This document shows positions 23,370 to 35,810 of a DNA stretch of 64,000 nt, piece by piece. Within the stretch, counting starts at the first letter, position 1, and every line of letters starts with the position of its first letter. The DNA lies in assembly GCA_973895155.1 (NCBI GenBank), contig OZ316895.1, positions 11,244,858-11,308,857 on the forward strand. The letters run 5' to 3'. This DNA is from Marsupella aquatica (lineage: Eukaryota; Plantae; Marchantiophyta). Both the position numbers and the translations under genes were made by a program. The notes below the pieces were generated by a model, which saw nothing but the letters and a program-made list of their open reading frames with translations, had not been told where the DNA came from and searched no databases.

Positions 23370-26363
23370 ATGACTGACCTTACGCCGAGGGAAGAAAGAG
23401 TGATTCAACGGGAGAGAGCTCGACTACAGCAGCTCGCCGGGTGGCATGATACACAGCGACTGAGAGGGGCAGAAAGAGCTGGTAGCTCCGAAACTGGAAG
23501 TGGCGTCGAAGAAGACATACCAGAAGAAGAGTCGGTAAGGAGAAGTGAGTCTCCAACCGACATGGGGGAACCAGAGGCACGGCCAGACGAGAGGCCAGGG
23601 ACCAGATTGAGCCAGCGGTCGCGCATACATTACAAGGCATTTCATGGGAGAGGAGATGAGGATCCGGACGAATGGTTGGATGATTTCGAGGGAACCGCTG
23701 CAGCAAATGGAGAATCGGCCATCAAGATGCAGATTCTTCCCGGCCTGTTCAAGGGTGAGGCTAGGCCTTGGTACAGAGCATTAGATGTGGAAGATCAAGC
23801 CATCTGGGATATCTTCAAAACACTCTTTGTTAAGGAGTTTCGACCCATTGGAACTTCAGAACTAGCAGTGCTGAAGTTGGGACAACTTCGGTTCAAGGAG
23901 AACAAATCCTTCAGGAAGTTCTTGCAACGCTTTCAGAAACTGGTAAGACGTACAAAGACCAATGCATCTGAAGGTATGCAACTTCAATGGTTGGTGAATG
24001 CTTTGCCACAGAAGATGAGTTTTGCAATTAGGAAGGAGAACCCGGAGACTTTAGCCGAAGCAATTAAGGATATTCAATTATACATTAATGCAGATATCAC
24101 AAGCCGGAAGAAACAGCTTAAGTCTGAGAGTTCCTCATCAGAGGAGGGATCACCCCATAAGAAAAAAGATAAGAAGAAGAAACATCCCAAGAAGTCTAGA
24201 AGTGATAAGTCAAGCTCGGATAGTGGGAGTAGCAAGAGTGAGTCATCTTCTAGTTCTGAAGAAGAAAAAACTAGGAAAAGGAAGGGCAGAAGGAGAGGGA
24301 AGACGAAAGTCAAGATGGAGGCTAAGCCACCAGATAACATCGTAGCCCTTACCGAGCAACTTAAGGCTATCATTGCAGAGGTAAAACCAAAGAAGAAGGT
24401 AGTACAGGAGGATAGCTTTGTATGGTGTGCCTTATGTTATAAAACCGGACACCATAAAGATGCGTGTCCTAAGCTTAATACTAATCATGTTCGGCATGTG
24501 GCCGAGATCAGACCATGTCAGGGAGAAGTAGAGTACTTTTTAGGAGATGCCGCTGATAGTGTTTTCGGCATCAGTGAGACTGGAGCACGAGACCTATCCA
24601 ACAGACCTGCATCTCTGTGGTCAGGGTTAAGGAACAATCCAGGAGAGATGTATCCTCGGATTATTCAGAACCCGTCAGTACCTCCTAGGCCGAATGTGCA
24701 AAGATTTGCAGCGTGCTATAATTGTGGTCAACCTGGCCATTTTGCTAGAGAATGCCCGAATGCACGCAAACAGGGTGATGGACAACCAGCTCAGCTATGT
24801 ATGGGATGCCGACAGGAAGGTCATATGCTAGGGCAATGTCCTACTTGGTTGGCAGGCCTGGCCGCAAATCATAAGCTTTTGCCGATCAAGATCTTACCGC
24901 CAGGTACTACCCCCGGAGGAGTTCAAATCAACCACATCGAACTAGGATGGCAAGAGGATGCCGAGGCAGAGTTCGTACCATCTGCTGATGAGGCCGAAGC
25001 CCTATCAACCTTCTTAGAGGAGGATTTAGATCATGATTGCTACCGGGTCTCTACTCGATCTACCAGAAGGAAGGAAAGGTGGGATGGGCTGGCCAAAAAT
25101 AAAGGGAAGGTTATGGAGGAAAGGATCGACTCTTCGTCAACATCAACAGAAGGAGAAGGGAGGGCTCCGGCAATACAGGTAAGCCATGAGCCCACCAGTG
25201 AAACCAATCCTTCACAAGATAGCGACTTCAATCGAGATCATCCTAAGTTGTTCTACCCCTCTGTTACGGCTAGTGTTAAGGAACAACTAAGAGAATTAGA
25301 AACCCTGGAGAATACCGAAGCCATTGCCAAGGATGTAAAACGAGCAAAAGCATTGTTTGCTTCGGAAAACCCAACAGCTGTGGAGACTAGCGTGGCAAAA
25401 CTGGCCGAATCCAAGACGGAAACACCACCAGAAGAGAAGCCGATTGTTCCCTATGACCTGGCTAAAGATGTACTAGAATCTAGAGTCTCGGCAACAGTAG
25501 GTCAACTATTGAAAAATAGCCCGTATTTCCGGAAGCAATTAAGGAAGGCTATTCTCGGCAAGCCGAGATTACCCAAGGTAGCAACCAGATCCGACGTACT
25601 AATGATAGAAGAAGATCAAGGAGCCCCAGCATTACCATTAATGATTCAAGGAGAATTATTACTACGGGTACCCATCGATGGAGGATCAGGGGTATGTATT
25701 ATGATTGATTCAACAGCAAAAGGGTGGGGTCTAACACCGGAGATGACTGGAAGAGTGTTGAACATGGCCAATGGATATCAGGTCATTCCTACGGGAGTGT
25801 TAACCGGCATCAAGACAGAGATAGGAGGTATCTTCTTTAGCATTAACTATGTAGTAATGAAGCCGGTAAATCCTACGTCATTCCGGCTATTGATTGGTAG
25901 GCCATGGCTGTACCTAGCCGAGGTAATAGAAGATTGGGGTAAAAAGCAGTTCACTTTCGGGACCCCCTCTATCACGGTATCCTGGGACACTAAGGATGAC
26001 CGTAGGAAAAGCATAAGGGAAGTAGATGGGTACGACAGTGGACTGGAGTCAGCCAATGAAGTACGTTGGTTAGAATGCCTCACTAACCTAACCGAAGAAG
26101 GTGTCTTTGGACCAGAGGTACCCCCCAGCGGATTATGGCAAGAACCAATGGAAGGTGACTTGGAAGAAGAAGACGAAGAGGTCGAGGACTGCTTTACAAT
26201 AGAATCCACCTTTTTAGCTGCAATTCCGGAGGAAGTAAAGGATGTAGACCAATTGGATGAAACGGCTAAGTGGGGAGCAGTAGCAGGGACAGTGGATTTT
26301 CTGCAGGCGTTGTGGCAGAGCCGGCAGGGTTCACAACGCCATCGATCATCGGCAAGGAATTAA
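23370..26363 (+). CDS. gag: Gag-protease (retrotransposon gag, three CCHC knuckles, aspartic protease)
   Basis: F.G...EDPDEWL, CALCYKTGHHKDAC, CYNCGQPGHFAREC, CMGCRQEGHMLGQC, IDGGSG, LLIGRPWL. Confidence 0.92.
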   Translation: MTDLTPREERVIQRERARLQQLAGWHDTQRLRGAERAGSSETGSGVEEDIPEEESVRRSESPTDMGEPEARPDERPGTRLSQRSRIHYKAFHGRGDEDPDEWLDDFEGTAAANGESAIKMQILPGLFKGEARPWYRALDVEDQAIWDIFKTLFVKEFRPIGTSELAVLKLGQLRFKENKSFRKFLQRFQKLVRRTKTNASEGMQLQWLVNALPQKMSFAIRKENPETLAEAIKDIQLYINADITSRKKQLKSESSSSEEGSPHKKKDKKKKHPKKSRSDKSSSDSGSSKSESSSSSEEEKTRKRKGRRRGKTKVKMEAKPPDNIVALTEQLKAIIAEVKPKKKVVQEDSFVWCALCYKTGHHKDACPKLNTNHVRHVAEIRPCQGEVEYFLGDAADSVFGISETGARDLSNRPASLWSGLRNNPGEMYPRIIQNPSVPPRPNVQRFAACYNCGQPGHFARECPNARKQGDGQPAQLCMGCRQEGHMLGQCPTWLAGLAANHKLLPIKILPPGTTPGGVQINHIELGWQEDAEAEFVPSADEAEALSTFLEEDLDHDCYRVSTRSTRRKERWDGLAKNKGKVMEERIDSSSTSTEGEGRAPAIQVSHEPTSETNPSQDSDFNRDHPKLFYPSVTASVKEQLRELETLENTEAIAKDVKRAKALFASENPTAVETSVAKLAESKTETPPEEKPIVPYDLAKDVLESRVSATVGQLLKNSPYFRKQLRKAILGKPRLPKVATRSDVLMIEEDQGAPALPLMIQGELLLRVPIDGGSGVCIMIDSTAKGWGLTPEMTGRVLNMANGYQVIPTGVLTGIKTEIGGIFFSINYVVMKPVNPTSFRLLIGRPWLYLAEVIEDWGKKQFTFGTPSITVSWDTKDDRRKSIREVDGYDSGLESANEVRWLECLTNLTEEGVFGPEVPPSGLWQEPMEGDLEEEDEEVEDCFTIESTFLAAIPEEVKDVDQLDETAKWGAVAGTVDFLQALWQSRQGSQRHRSSARN
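26294..26340 (+). promoter_or_regulatory. Candidate -1 ribosomal frameshift signal (G GAT TTT plus stem-loop)
   Basis: Heptamer GGATTTT is in the gag frame within the ORF overlap, followed by a 5-nt spacer and a 9-bp perfect stem GGCGTTGTG/CACAACGCC. Confidence 0.7.
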
Positions 26364-29300
26364 ATACCAAGGGATCGGCATACAAGCCGATTACAAGGGC
26401 AGAACAAATTGAGGCCCTATTAGAAGCCGAGAGAGCACAATGGCCTAACTCGCAGGAGCAAGAGGTGGATGAGATGGACAGACACGATCCAGAGCCAAGG
26501 CAGGAAGGGGAGCCGGCCACTAATTCAAGACTGAATAGACCGGTAAGGGGACAATCTATGGACACCAAGGAAGGGACCGACTCGGCTAGTCCAGCCGAGA
26601 TCCCAGTTTATGGAGGTATGAGATTAGAGAGACTGGAAGCCGAACTGGACCCGAATTTGAAGAAGCAGATTAATATGATCCAAGCACGGCAATATCGGAA
26701 GCTCGACTTAGGAGAGGGAAGAGAACTGAACTTAGGGAGAAACCTAGCACCTGAGCTCGAGAAAGAGATCAGTGACTTATTGATTGAATTTCAGGATGTG
26801 TTTGCATGGAGTCACCAAGATCTAAAGGGAGTAGATCCAACACTAGGGGAACATCGAATTGATCTCATGTTAGGAGCCAAATCATTTCGACAACCAATTC
26901 GAAGGATGAACCCGAAGTATTCCCTGCTGGTCAAAACAAAAATCGACAAACTAGTGGAAGCTGGATTCATCACTCCAGTCCTGCATTCAGACTGGGTGTC
27001 TCCAATTGTGATAGTTCCCAAGAAAGCTGGACCCGATGGTAAACCCAAGATCCGGGTTTGTCAGGATTACAGGAAGCTGAATGAAGCAACATTAAAAGAC
27101 CATTTTCCTTTACCGTTTACTGATATGGTACTAGACATGGTAGCCAGTCATGAACTATATTCATTCATGGATGGATACTCTGGTTATAACCAAATCAGGA
27201 TTCGGTAGGAAGACCAAATCAAGACGGCCTTCATCACGGAATGGGGGATCTATGTCTTCAATCGTATGCCGTTTGGACTCTGCAACGCACCAGCTATGTT
27301 CCAACGATTAATGGTGAACATTTTTCATGATTACTTGAGAAAGTTCATGGAAATCTTCATTGATGACTTTGCAGTATTCGGGAAGGCATCGAAACATGCT
27401 AAATACCTCAGGAAAACCTTCATGAGATGTAGAGAGGTGGGTCTCAAGTTACACCCAGATAAATGTTTTTTTGCAGTAACCGAGGGGGTGCTACTAGGTC
27501 ACAAGGTATCAAGGAAGGGCATTGAGATTGACAAAGGTAAGCTAGCAGTATGGCTAGATATCATGCAACCTAAGAACATAAAGGATGTAAGATCCTTCTT
27601 GGGATGCATTGGTTACTATCGCCGGTTCATCAAGGATTTTGCCAAGCTAGCTTTACCATTAACCAATATGCTCAAGGCAGGAGCAGACTTCGAACCCACA
27701 CCCGAACGAGTCACAGCGGTGGTAGAATTGAAGCAGATGTTAGTAGAGGCCCCAGTCATGATAGCACCGGACTGGAACAAAGATTTTCATGTTTTTGTAG
27801 ATGTCTCGGGCTTCTGTATTGGCTCAGTACTAAGTCAGTTGGATGAGAAAGGAAGGGACCATCCCATATACTTCGCAAGCCGTCAGCTTGCCGATGCCGA
27901 ACGGAACTACTCTACCACGGAAAGAGAAGCATTAGGAGTCATTTATTCTTGTAAAAAGTTTAGGCATTATTTACTAGGGTACAAGGTAATCTTTCATACT
28001 GATCATGAAAGTTTGAAGTACCTAGTCAATAAGCCGGACCTTACAGGCAGAGTAGCAAGATGGATTTTGCTATTACAGGAGTTTGACTATGAGCTGAGGA
28101 TCAAGCCGGGAAAGTTACATGCCAATGCCGACTTCTTTTCAAGGATCACAGGTAAACCTGCCACGGATTGCATCGATGATCGATTCCCCGACGAGGAGCT
28201 ATTCGTTGTGGAAATAGCTGGTACATGGTACCCTGAGATTTTACAATTTCTCAGCACTTCCAGATTACAGCCAGGATTAAGCCGAGAGCAAGCCGCAGTC
28301 TTTGTGCGGAAGGTCAGACAGTATCAGTGCATTAAAGGCATACTGCACAAGCATGGAATCAACGGCACGATTCAAAGATGTTTGGAAAAGAGAGAGGTAA
28401 AACGAGTCCTACGGGCCATGCATGGAGAGGAGGCCGGAGGACATTTTGCCCCAGTAACCACGTCTAAAAAGATATTAAATGCCGGTTACTGGTGGCCCAC
28501 CTTGCACAAAGATGTCTATCAGTTTATCAAACAATGCGATCCTTGTCAACGAGCGGGAGGACCAAGGGCGTCCACCAGGCATCCACTGCACCCTATTCTA
28601 CCTCTGGCACCATTCGAGAAGTGGGGTATTGATTACATTGGACCTCTGAAACCACTGACCCACCCTCGACGGAACAAGTACATAATCCTGGCTACGGATT
28701 ATGCAACTAAATGGGTAGAGGCCAGACCAACAACGAAGGATGATGCAATTACTACGGCTAGATTCATGTATGAGCAGATCTTCACCAGGTATGGAGCACC
28801 CCTAGAATTAGTTAGTGATAGAGGAACCCATTTTTTGAATGATATAATTAGTCGTTTAAATGAGCAGTATTTAGTTAAACATAGGCCTACTACTCCCTAC
28901 CATCCAAAGGCAAACGGGTTGACAGAACGAGCAAACGGAATTATAGGAAAGATATTGAACAAGACAGTAGCTCAGAACAAACTCGATTGGGATGATAAAT
29001 TGTTTGCTGCTGTTTTTGCTTACAATCTTGCCTATAAATCCACTACCGGTCATACACCCTTCTTCTTAACCTTTGGACAAGAAGCCCTGGTACCCATGCA
29101 ACTTGAGATACCGACATTTCAAGTTACAATTGAGGAAAGAGCCTCAGCGGAGGAGAGCCTAAAGGAGCAAGAATATAGGTTAGAAGCTTTAGAGGAAGCG
29201 AGAATGATTTCAGCCGAGAGAGTAGAATATAGACAGAATATCATGAAGCAGCAGTATGATAAAAGGTTAAAAGTAGTTAGTATTCATACCGGTGATCTTG

Positions 29301-29510
29301 TGCTACTTTATGACAGTAGGTATAGTAGGTTTCCAAGAAAGCTTTACACTCGCTGGTTAGGACCCTTTAGAGTAACCATGATGTTCCCCAATGGCTCCGT
29401 ACAATTGGCCAACATTACGGGAGAGGTATATCCAGTTCGCATCCATTATGACCGCCTCAAGAAATACTATATGGACGAAGATGAAGTTGTTCGCGAGGAC
29501 GCTTCACAAT

Positions 29511-29524
29511 TAAGTGGGGAGCTA
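29511..29524 (+). promoter_or_regulatory. Polypurine tract
   Basis: TAAGTGGGGAGCTA immediately before the 3' LTR. Confidence 0.7.
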
Positions 29525-31380
29525 TGTGATGCCTAGACAGGAATCACTCGGCCGGTTAAGTGGGTAAAGCAGGAAGGCACCCTAGGAACACCTTAGTATA
29601 GGGACAAAACAAGGAAAATATAAACAATTAGGGGCAACCATGGAACCCGGGCCGAGGCCGGAGGTAAGGCTGAGGGTGAAAACCCGATTAGGGTTAGGGC
29701 GCGTTAAGCGTCGGCGGCTAGGAAGGATCAACGGGAAGAAGGACCCAGGAGGAGAGGACTACCTTGAAACAAGAACGGGAGGAAGCCCAGAAGGAACTAG
29801 AGGAGGCACGCAAGGACCTGGATGAGACCCAGGAGGAGTTGGAGGAAATCACGAGAACGATGGAGAACCTCTAGCGGCGGGCCGACAACCAAACGGAGCG
29901 GCTGAAGAAACAAGCCGCAGTATTTAGGTGCTTGTCTTCATCAGGCCCAACTCCAATTGGGGCAACCAAGTTACCAGGAGTGGTACTGGCCGAAGAAAAA
30001 GCCGCGCCAACTGCACCAGTGCCGGAGGTAAGTGGGAAGGGGAAGGGACCAGCTGCCGAACCAGAAAAGAAGAAAAAGCGGAAACCTTCAGGGTCAAGGA
30101 GTAATCCGACTCCACAAGCCGTGGTGACCAAAGAGGTAGAACCAGCACCATCCTCCGACATGAATACGGCAATAGATCCCGCTATGATCACAGGTAGGGA
30201 TGGTGCGGCCCAAGCCGAACTACTCAGTAAGGAGGCCAGTATTCCAGATCCGCCTCTTGAGCAGGCCGGGGAGACCGTAGCCGAGGCTGAGGCCGTAACC
30301 GATTCTCGAGCCGATGCCGACGCCGATGGTGGACCCAGTCAGGCCGATGGAGAGTTGACTCAGTCAAGGGCAGGTAATCTGTCAGGGAATGAGCCTACGG
30401 CAGTGGCTGAGGAGGAAGCATTGGGGGCGTCCATTAAGGATCCACCACCGGTGTCGTGACGGTGCAAGGGCGCCGTTCCTTTTAGGGAGGGCGGACGTGG
30501 AGGGAGGAGGCGTGAGTGGGCAGGGCGGGCGCGGATCTCCACGTTTAGGATTAGGATCAGAACCAGGAGCGGCCCTGACACTTAGCTTAGTGGGATTGCG
30601 GTCCCACTGGTAGGAGCAACACTTGTGCTCCTGCCTTGCTGTACATAGGTAGATTCGGGCAAGTAGATTACTGTTAAGTAGATTAGGCTTACGATGCAAA
30701 GAACGGCGGATCCACTACCAGGATAAGTACCTGGGCAGCGGGGAGCTCAGGGCCTCTTCTTTAGCAAGTTTTTAGTTTGCACCAGCCGGGCTGGGATCAA
30801 GTAGTACGAGAAGCTCTCGGTTAGTCATACAGTGACCCTTGTGTATATTCATGTTTCCTCATGCCTAAGAGCTGAATAGAGTTGGCCTCACGGCTTAGTT
30901 CGCAGAACTTGTGTATGAGATGTACTATTTGTATGGCAAGTGCATGGTATGACTCAGTCAGAATGAGTCATTTTGCTATTTGTGTGTCGCATTAACTTGT
31001 GTGAAGAGTGCCCACATCAACAGAAGGAAGGAAAGTAAGCAGGGGAGTGAGAGTTGGATGTGTCGAGCTAAGAGAGGTCTTAGCGGCTTAACCAAGCCTA
31101 TTGGGGATCATTCCGGCGGCGGAATCCAAACATACCTAACAAGACGGAGGGGAAGACAGGGGAAGACAGGGGAAGGCCTATATTAGGCCGGCTACGTATC
31201 TCATGACCCGATGAAGGATCTGTCCAGTATATGTGTGTAAAATGTTAATAGTAGTAGTAGAAGGTTAGCAGCGTCCCATGCCGCTAAGCCGCGGAAACGG
31301 CCTCGCCAAGCACAAAACCTGCGGGAATCGGCTTGAGCTGGGGGGTTTCTTGGGTTTAGGGAGCCATGGGACGCACCACA
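29525..31380 (+). repeat. 3' LTR (internally deleted)
   Basis: Matches the 5' LTR and is followed by TSD ACCAT. Confidence 0.95.
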
Positions 31381-32447
31381 ACCATGCTGCATTCGAGCAT
31401 CCTAGTCATGAGACTGTACTTCCAACTCGGGCAGGGACTGACTACATCCCCTTAACATTGAGAGAGCCATATGATGAACCTGGGCAAATGGAATATGATG
31501 AGGTTGATGATTTGCAATAGGCAACAGCTGGCGATTGGCAAGTATGAGGTTGAGGATGACTACCTGCATAGAGTCACAGAACGGGAATTGATGCCTGGAA
31601 TGATGTTTAGGATAGTTGGATATGCATGAAATTGATTGATACTTTGAATTTAGTGTGCTGATTCTCCCTGTTTGGTTGTGGGTGTTGTGCAGAAGCTATG
31701 GGGGAAGAGGGTGATGACATGGAGACAGACATGGGGCTTGGAGAGTGGGGTGAAGAGGAAAGATTGGATATGGATGGAGACCCAGATGCAGGGGGCTCAC
31801 AGAAAAATGCACCTGTGCAGGATGCACAGGGCCCTCATCAAGTCCCAGGTAGGTGGGCAGCTAGAGAGAAATCACATAATCCATACCCTAGAAGGAGCCA
31901 GAGTTATTGGCAAGGGACGCTTGATAATTATGATGATGACTATGATGGAGCAGAAGATGGATGGGATGAATATGAACACCCAGAGCGTGGTAGAGACGAG
32001 TACAGAGGGCAATGGAAAGGTGAGGAGGATGATTAGACAAGTAAGTGCCTTGTGCTAGTGATTTTGTGATGGTAGTAGAGATTTAGCTCAATATGGACTT
32101 ATCTGATGTGTAGCTAGGGCAAAGAGTTTATCTTACAGGTCCATGAGTGTGGCATGTACCTGTTGGTATGCAGACTCTGATTGGGACAATCATGAAAACA
32201 ACAAAGGCCATCCACGTTCAGATTGGAGGCAATCATTCACAGGCGGGAGAAACGGCCCTAATTCATCAAGACAAAGCAATAGGACAGGTGGTCCAGAACC
32301 ATCTATGCGCCAAGGGAGAGGTAACTTGGTCATTGCAGAATTGCTCTGAAGTCCAGTGTATATTTGGCAGCAGGATTTATGATTCATACTTACCTAATGG
32401 ATCCTGTAGATGTGCAGGGACTCCAGGGAGGTTTGGACAATGCAATC

Positions 32448-32521
32448 CAGGCCGTGGGGGGAGATCAAGCCGTGGAGGGACCCCAGGCCGTGGGGGGACA
32501 CCAGGCCGTGGAGGGACACCT
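32448..32521 (+). repeat. 18-bp coding repeat (PGRGGT) x4
   Basis: ccaggccgtggagggaca units. Confidence 0.85.
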
Positions 32522-33747
32522 AGTAGCGCTTCAGGGAGTACCAAGGCAGGAGATAGTAACAAATTTGGTAAAGTAGAAGTGAATTCCGATGGTTCGATAA
32601 CTCCCACATGTGATGGTAAGAACCGTTGGCATTCTGACCTAAGAGGAGAAGTATTGCGTTGGTTAGATTTGAGCATTACAGAGTTTAGGAGTCAGAACAA
32701 AGCTGATTGGGCTGCTATCTGCAAGGACATTCTTGAACGGTGGGACTATGTTGGTAATGATGGTAAGGGCCCAGTTGAAGATTGCATATCAGATTATGCA
32801 ATGAGGATTTTGAAACAAGAGAGGCATAGGTTGAAAAGGATGTGGATAGACAATGGTTCTAACAGGAGAATGCCACCACCCCCATCATTGGAATTGGATC
32901 AATGGACACGGTTAATCAAAGGGTTCATGTCAGAGGCTGGACAGAGCAAAAGTGAACTGATGTCAAATGCTCGAGGCAAAGTGAAACACCTGTCACAGGC
33001 TGGGAGAGGAAGTTATGCTCCAGTGAAAGAACAATTGGTAAGGCAGTGACATGCCTGATAGTAAGCCTCAAACTTATCATCTTGCTACCATTATTACATT
33101 TTCATTGACAATCAACACTTGGTTTCATTCATATGTATCTTGATGTGGACTGCAGAAGAAATTGACAGGTTGTATTGGATTAAAGGAACATTTACTAATA
33201 CAAACTAATAAATTAGAAGAACCATCAGCACAAGAAGTGAGAGAGGAGTTCATGAAACAAAGGAGTGAGGTGACAAGTGTGACTTCCAAACAGGTGATTA
33301 TGTTGTAATTCTGACTGTTCTGTGACTATTTGCCCTTGAGCATCAGAAAGAATTGTAGTAGGAAGTAAGCAACCAGTTCTTGGGGACAATTATCTGAGAT
33401 ATGTAAGCTGTGTTATGACAGGGAACTGTTACAACTCTCACAGAGATGTGTGAACGGTTGAAGTCATTAGAGTGTGGACTCCCTCGAGTGGAAAGTAAAT
33501 TGGCTGATCGTTTGGATATTGTGGAGGCATTTGTAGCGAACCTTCTTGCATCAGTGGAATCTAATTTCAAGCTTGTGATTGAAAAATTGGGTGGTTCCCA
33601 ACCAAACAATGAGGGCAACATTGTACAAAGTGTGCCCTTGTTAACAAAAAAGGGAATTGGCAAATCTGACACAGGTATGGAAATGACACCGGCCCATTGT
33701 TCATTGTGTCCTATGTTCAAATGTTAGAAGTAAGTTTTCATGAATTG

Positions 33748-33861
33748 AGTGAATGGTTTGAATGCAGGAAGAGTGGAGGCAGAGAAGGACCCTGTAATCA
33801 GTAAGTGAATGGTTTGAATGCAGGAAGAGTGGAGGCAGAGAAGGACCATGTAATCAGTAAG
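33748..33861 (+). repeat. 56-bp tandem duplication spanning a splice acceptor
   Basis: agtgaatggtttgaatgcaggaagagtggaggcagagaaggacc.tgtaatcagta twice. Confidence 0.9.
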
Positions 33862-35810
33862 CAGAATGGCAAAAAGGTTGCTGAGACAGGTAACCTGCTA
33901 TGATCCAGTACATTACATTTGAAAAGTGCATGGAGTTTTGTGAAGCTTAAGCCGGTTGGAGGTAATCTTTTCTGTAAGAACTGGTTGGATCAACTGGGAT
34001 CTGAAGTGACATCATGATTGATGTATCAGGTGATTCAAAGAGCAATGAAAAAGATGTGCCCAGTGCCTTAGTGACCATAGCCAAGGAGGTATCAGGTAAG
34101 CTGATGCTTTAAATTCCTCTCCTACCATTGTTGAGAAACAATTCAGTGGTTAATAGATTGAACCTGAATATTGTGGTGTGTTTATTGATCAGCAGAAGCA
34201 GACATGGAGGATATGGCAATGGTAAAGAAGGGGAAGAAGGCTGTTCATAATGGTAAGGAGATAGTGACAACTTTGTGGTTGGTGACATGTACATGGCGCA
34301 CATGTGATGAGTGATTCACTTATGTTGGACAATGCACTGAATTGTAGTTGATGCAGAGTTGACAGACTCTCAACCAAGTGGGAGCAGGGTGAAGCGACGT
34401 CAAAACTTGGGAGCAACATTGGATGCAAGTAAGATTGTAGATGCTTCAATTGAAGCAAGTACAATGTTGGCAGATACTGAGATGATGTCGCAGGGAAATC
34501 CTGCTATACAATTGGAAGTGTCAAATATGGATGCAGATTCTTTGAAGAAGAGTGTAGCCAATTCTCGATCACCAGCACAAAACACTCGTGCCAAAGTCAT
34601 GACTCGCAACCAAGGTATGAATAATGTCATGTATAAGCCACCCAGGAAAGCCAAGAAAAGCAGCCAGGGTAAGGTGGAGGTGATAGCCACAGCAGAGCCA
34701 GTCCATAATCTTCTATCATGGGAGGATGACTCGCAGGTATGTGTGGGTACAGGCATTTTGTGATCGGATCATGCTAAATTCCATGGCAAAGTGGTCCCGG
34801 ATGACCATGTAGTAGTGTTGTTGACTACAGTGATTGTATCTGATTGTAATTTGCCATTTCCGAATAGAGACGATGATCCACCTCAGGAAATAATTGCAGA
34901 TGCAGTAGGATCTCTTGTGCTCTGGCCATCAGAGTGTGTGAGTCTGCAGTGACTGAATGCAAGTGTAGATAGAATCATGTGACATGTGTTACATTTTGAC
35001 ATTGCCTTGGAAAGATCCAAGAAATATCTGTACCAATTTTTCCATTTGGTAAAGAGGATGAAGGAGCCGTTGTGTGTGACATTGATATTTCTGAATTTTG
35101 TATATATGAAACAAGTGATTGATGTCAAACTATGGCTCTATGGTGATTGTCTATCATACTTGAATCTGTTTTGTATCATTTCAGTATTAGTGTGTATGGT
35201 ATAGACAAATGCTTTGTGACCTTCTTTGTAGTCTATGATGTTTGAATCTGTGAATTCATATTAGTGTACATGGTATAGAAGATGACTTTCTAAAAATTTG
35301 TGTGAGGTTCTAATGTTAACATGGTGAATGGTGACCTTATAGAGTGAGTTCATTCCAAGTACACAATAAAACATGAATGGAATGTGTTATTTGTGCACAA
35401 GAGTGAGTTCATTCCAAGTAGTATAGTGGGGTCTTCATCACTCATTTCCAGTTGACATAAAAGACTTGTACATACCCCACAAAGTGTCTACTTTAGTCGT
35501 TTTATAAACCCACAAAGTATACTTAAAGACTAGCCTCCATAACCTTTTGGGAACGACTCACCATCGCAGTCCATAAAAGACTGAAAAAGACTCACCAAAC
35601 CTACCCACACAAAGACTACAATAGACTGAAAATCCAGTCTATAAAACGACTTATAAACCAGTTCTATAAAGGACTCAGTTGATTATAGTAACAAAACATA
35701 CGACTCATAGTCCTATAAAGGACTGGAGTCCTTCCCAGTCGTTTCCAAGTCCTATACGGTACTGAATAGTTGTTTTATGGGGTCTAAATACCCCCCGGTT
35801 TCTACTAGTG

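Larger units (their letters stand above)
26270..29536 (+). pseudogene. pol: Pol (RT, RNase H, integrase) with one in-frame TAG at 27206-27208
   Basis: RVCQDYRKLN, FMDGYSGYNQI, MPFGLCNAP, FIDD, NYSTTEREAL, H...GGHF..C..C, WGIDYIGP, SDRGTHF, GLTERAN. The stop codon lies inside the 3' LTR. Confidence 0.93.
21445..31380 (+). mobile_element. Full-length non-chromovirus Ty3/Gypsy LTR retrotransposon (family A, deleted-LTR variant)
   Basis: 1856-bp LTRs at 21445-23300 and 29525-31380 (TG...CA). TSD ACCAT. PBS and PPT present. Order gag-PR-RT-RH-INT, with no chromodomain or additional RNase H seen. Confidence 0.97.
31698..34952 (+). pseudogene. Multi-exon TnpA-like gene of the inner CACTA (acidic N-terminus, RGG repeats, Transposase_24-like core, Tnp1/En/Spm C-terminal domain)
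   Basis: W...LRG...RWLD.S...F, ILKQERHRLK, SELMSNARGKV...GRGSY, and C-terminal KFHGKVVPDDHVVV...LPFPNRDDDPPQ...GSLVLWP. Many GT-AG exons. Confidence 0.75.
6122..35810 (+). mobile_element. Inner CACTA/EnSpm DNA transposon (29.7 kb including nested insertions)
   Basis: TIRs CACTAGTAGAAACCGGGG (6122) and CCCCGGTTTCTACTAGTG (ends 35810). 3-bp TSD CTC at 6119-6121 and 35811-35813. AAGACT/AGTC-rich subterminal repeats. Encodes TnpD and TnpA. Confidence 0.93.
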
